Below, one piece after another: positions 60,898-64,000 of a stretch of DNA of 64,000 nt; the first letter of the stretch is position 1, and each line of letters starts with the position of its first letter. The stretch comes from Veleropilina oligotropha (Eukaryota): positions 62,001 through 126,000 of the forward strand of contig JBEUKZ010000137.1 in NCBI GenBank assembly GCA_048128005.1, in the 5' to 3' direction. The notes under the pieces are model-generated. The model was not told where the DNA came from. It ran no database searches and worked only from the letters and a program-made list of their open reading frames with translations. Position numbers and translations under genes: made by a program.

Positions 60898-61776
60898 AAC
60901 TAGATGTTGTTATTGTCAACAATAACAGGAATGTCTCCCCTGCATGAAATTCTATTTTTAGCAACAGGTCATGTGACCTTTGACCTCAAATGCAATTCCA
61001 AGCATCCTTTCTTCATATGCAACCTGCTTGCTAAATGTGAAACGGTAGTTGCTGTCTGGATAACAAATCGCAATCAAATTTCAGAAAAATTCTATTTTTA
61101 GCAACAGGTCATGTGACCTTTGTACGATTGAACTGAAGCGCCATCCCAAGCATTCTTTCCTCATAGACAACCTGCCTGCTAAATATGAGCAAGATTTCAA
61201 AATATGAACAGTACTTATAATCGACTGGAAAGGAAATCGCGATCAAAATTATATTTTTAGCAACAGGTCACGTGACCTTTAAGCGATTGACCTCAAATGC
61301 AATCCCAAGGATCCTATCCTGATAGGCAACCTACCTAGTAAATATGAGCATGTTCGCTAAATATGAACAGTAGTTATCGTCCGGAAAGGAAATTGCAATA
61401 AAATTTTTAGGAAATTCTAATTTTAGCCATAGGTCATGTGACCTTTGAACGATTGTCCTCAAATGCAATCCCAAGCATACTCTCCTCATGAGCGAGCTGT
61501 GTGCCAAATATATGGGCATGAGCACCCAATGTGAAGAGTAGTTATCGTCTGGAAACCAAATCGGAACCAAAATTCTCTTTTTAGTCACAGATCACATGAC
61601 CATTGGCACACTGACCTGAAAAGCAATCCCAAGTGACCTCTCTTCATAAGCAACCTGTGTCCCAAATATGAGCATAATCGCTGAAATGGAACGGTAGTTA
61701 TCGTCCGGAAACCAAAGCGTGACGGACGGACAGCACAAAAACAATATGTTTCCCCACAGGGTAGGGGAGAAATAAT
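60898..61776 (-). mobile_element. HINE with diverged ~150-bp core repeats
   Basis: AACTAG end, repeated ggtcatgtgacctttg, (GACG)n, tccccacagggtagggga hairpin. Confidence 0.7.
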
Positions 61777-62304
61777 TCTATAAAAGTGGGGGTGCGTTTC
61801 TTTTTTGGTTATGCACCTTTGTTCTCATTCTTAAATATTGCATTATGGTATACTATTTACTCTATTGAACACATTTGACATCAAATATCATCCAAATGTT
61901 TCTACTCATGTAAAAATCTGTACAGGAATGCAAATCTGATTCAAATAAAATAATATTTATTATCATGCAGCCTAAAATTTTGGTATGAAGAATGTCTGTA
62001 ATTGCCAATCACAGCTGTGCTGTCATGCCGTTGATCAGATGATACACAACCTATACTGAAAAAGGACTTGGTATTTCATCATATCCCATTGGCCGCTTGT
62101 CAGGTCCATTTGACTTCATGTCAATATATCAAATCCATATTGGCAGCACGAAAAGTGGACAAATTTTTATATTCGCCAGAATAACAATCAGTAATTGAAT
62201 AATGATCAAATTTCAGAAGACCGTATGGCAATTAACAATGTAATAAAATTTGTTTCATTATATATCTAGTCTTTTATTGCAATCATAGAGAAGTATAAAC
62301 AAAT

Positions 62305-63182
62305 TAGTTATCGTCTGGAAACCAAATCTGAGTCAAAATTCTATTTTTAGTCGCAGATCACATGACCTTTGGCGTACCGACCTAAAAAGCAATCCCAAGG
62401 GACCTCTCCTCATAAGCAACCCGAGTACCAAATATGAGCATAATCACTCAAAGGAAACAGTAGTTATCGTCTGGAAACCAAATCTGAGTCAAAATTCTAT
62501 TTTTAGTCGCAGATCACATGACCTTTGGCGTACCGACCTAAAAAGCAATCCCAAGGGACCTCTCCTCATAAGCAACCCGAGTACCAAATATGAGCATAAT
62601 CGCTCAAAGGAAACGGTAGTTATCGTCTGGAAACCAAATCTGAGTCAAAATTCTATTTTTAGTCGCAGATCACATGACCTTTGGCGTACCGCCCTGAAAA
62701 GCAATCCCAAGGGACCTCTCCTCATAAGCAACCTGTGTACCAAATATGAGCATAATCGCTCAAAGGAAACGGTAGTTATCATCTGGAAACCAAATCTGAG
62801 TCAAAATTCTATATTTAGTCGCAGATCACATGACCTTTGGCGTGCCGCCCTGAAAAGCAATCCCAAGGGACCTCTCCTCATAAGCAACCCGTGTACCAAA
62901 TATGAGCATAATCACTCAAAGGAAACGGTAGTTATGGTCTGGAAACCAAATCTGAGTCAAAATTCTATATTTAGTCGCAGATCACATGACCTTTGGCGTG
63001 CCGCCCTGAAAAGCAATCCCAAGGGACCTCTCCTCATAAGCAACCTGTGTACCAAATATGAGCATAATCGCTCAAAGGAAACGGTAGTTATCGTCCGGAA
63101 ACCAAAGTGTGACAGACAGACGGACGGACAGACGGACGATACAAAAACAGTATGTCTCCCCACAGGGATGGGGAGACATAAT
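62305..63182 (-). mobile_element. HINE end with five homogeneous 156-bp tandem repeats
   Basis: Period 156 (62311, 62467, 62623, 62779, 62935, 63091), (GACA/GACG)n, tatgtctcccc...ggggagacata inverted repeat. Confidence 0.85.
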
Positions 63183-64000
63183 TACTGGATGCCCTTGGAA
63201 TAGAACTGCTTATATTTGGGGAAGTCATGAATATGAATTAGGTGAATGATATGCTGTCATGCTTTCAGACAACAAGAAATTCCACGGAATTATGTCTCAC
63301 CCATCCCCGCTTCCTTTGAAAAGGGCCACATTTTCAGTTTGTAAAGTACGATTCAGAAGTACAACCTATGCAGTGCTGATCCTAATATAGTTATTGTAGG
63401 ACAGAGAAACAGAAATAAATAAAAAATCTTATTATTATATGCTCGAGATTAAATATATTTAGCAGCCAAACCATGACAAAATAGTATCCCGGACAATAGT
63501 CCAGGTATATAATGACTTGAACCTTGACCAGTTGAGGAGGGTGATATTCAGTTTGTTCTTGTTATGGCAACATATACTGCCGTCACAAGATACCCATGGA
63601 ATAAACCAATGAGGAAGCCAGTTTTCAAAATCAGATTAATTCCAGCTTCTCAGGGTGACCATTAAGCTTAACAGCTTACTGTGCCTGTCGGCAGTGAGCA
63701 AGTATTACAGATAAGCATATGTCCCTTTCATCATACAAACCTAATCCTTACTTAACGATATCTGCTGTAGAATTCTTTTAGATCCTCAATATTTCAAGGC
63801 ATAATGAAACTTTTCAGAATAACTGGTGTTTGTGTTGGCATAGCAAAAATAAATCATGTAACTTGTTCATAATTTTTTTTGGGGGGGGGGGCAGAGGGTG
63901 ACTGGGAAAAAATCAGAAGGATTAATATGTATGTGCCTCCCTCAGCTCATACACTTATGAAGCATCTTATTATGGTCTAAGTTTAATTGATCTACTGAAC

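Overview
AT-rich animal genomic DNA. A mollusc or other lophotrochozoan is inferred from the SINE/HINE repertoire and the TTAGGG repeats. The window is almost entirely nested mobile elements. Its centrepiece is a ~32 kb Polinton/Maverick (adintovirus-like) at 11503-43488, with AGTAGT termini, a perfect 6-bp TSD (CTTAAC) and ~1.2 kb TIRs containing telomere-like (CCCTAA/TTAGGG) tracts. It encodes a PC4-like protein, an integrase with chromodomain, minor and major capsid proteins (the major one frameshifted), a packaging ATPase and a fragmented protein-primed PolB. PolB is split by an I-group (Nimb-like) LINE that carries a second full-length copy of itself. A Tc1, a pogo-type MITE, a LINE tail and a HINE are also inserted in the Polinton. 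The most unusual observation is inside the Polinton: an intronless 90-aa NON-histone ORF (40224-40496) resembling small bacterial toxin RNases. It has E2F/CCAAT/TATA motifs upstream and, 22 nt after its stop, a perfect replication-dependent histone mRNA stem-loop plus a purine-rich U7-type element. The Polinton promoters also carry tandem p53-type, E2F, MEF2, CRE and C/EBP motifs. On the left is a Kolobok element (TTAA TSD, THAP remnant, KolX exons) with a Harbinger pseudogene in the KolX intron. On the right are MITEs, SINEs, HINEs and minisatellites. All protein family calls rest on motif recognition by eye; no database searches were run.
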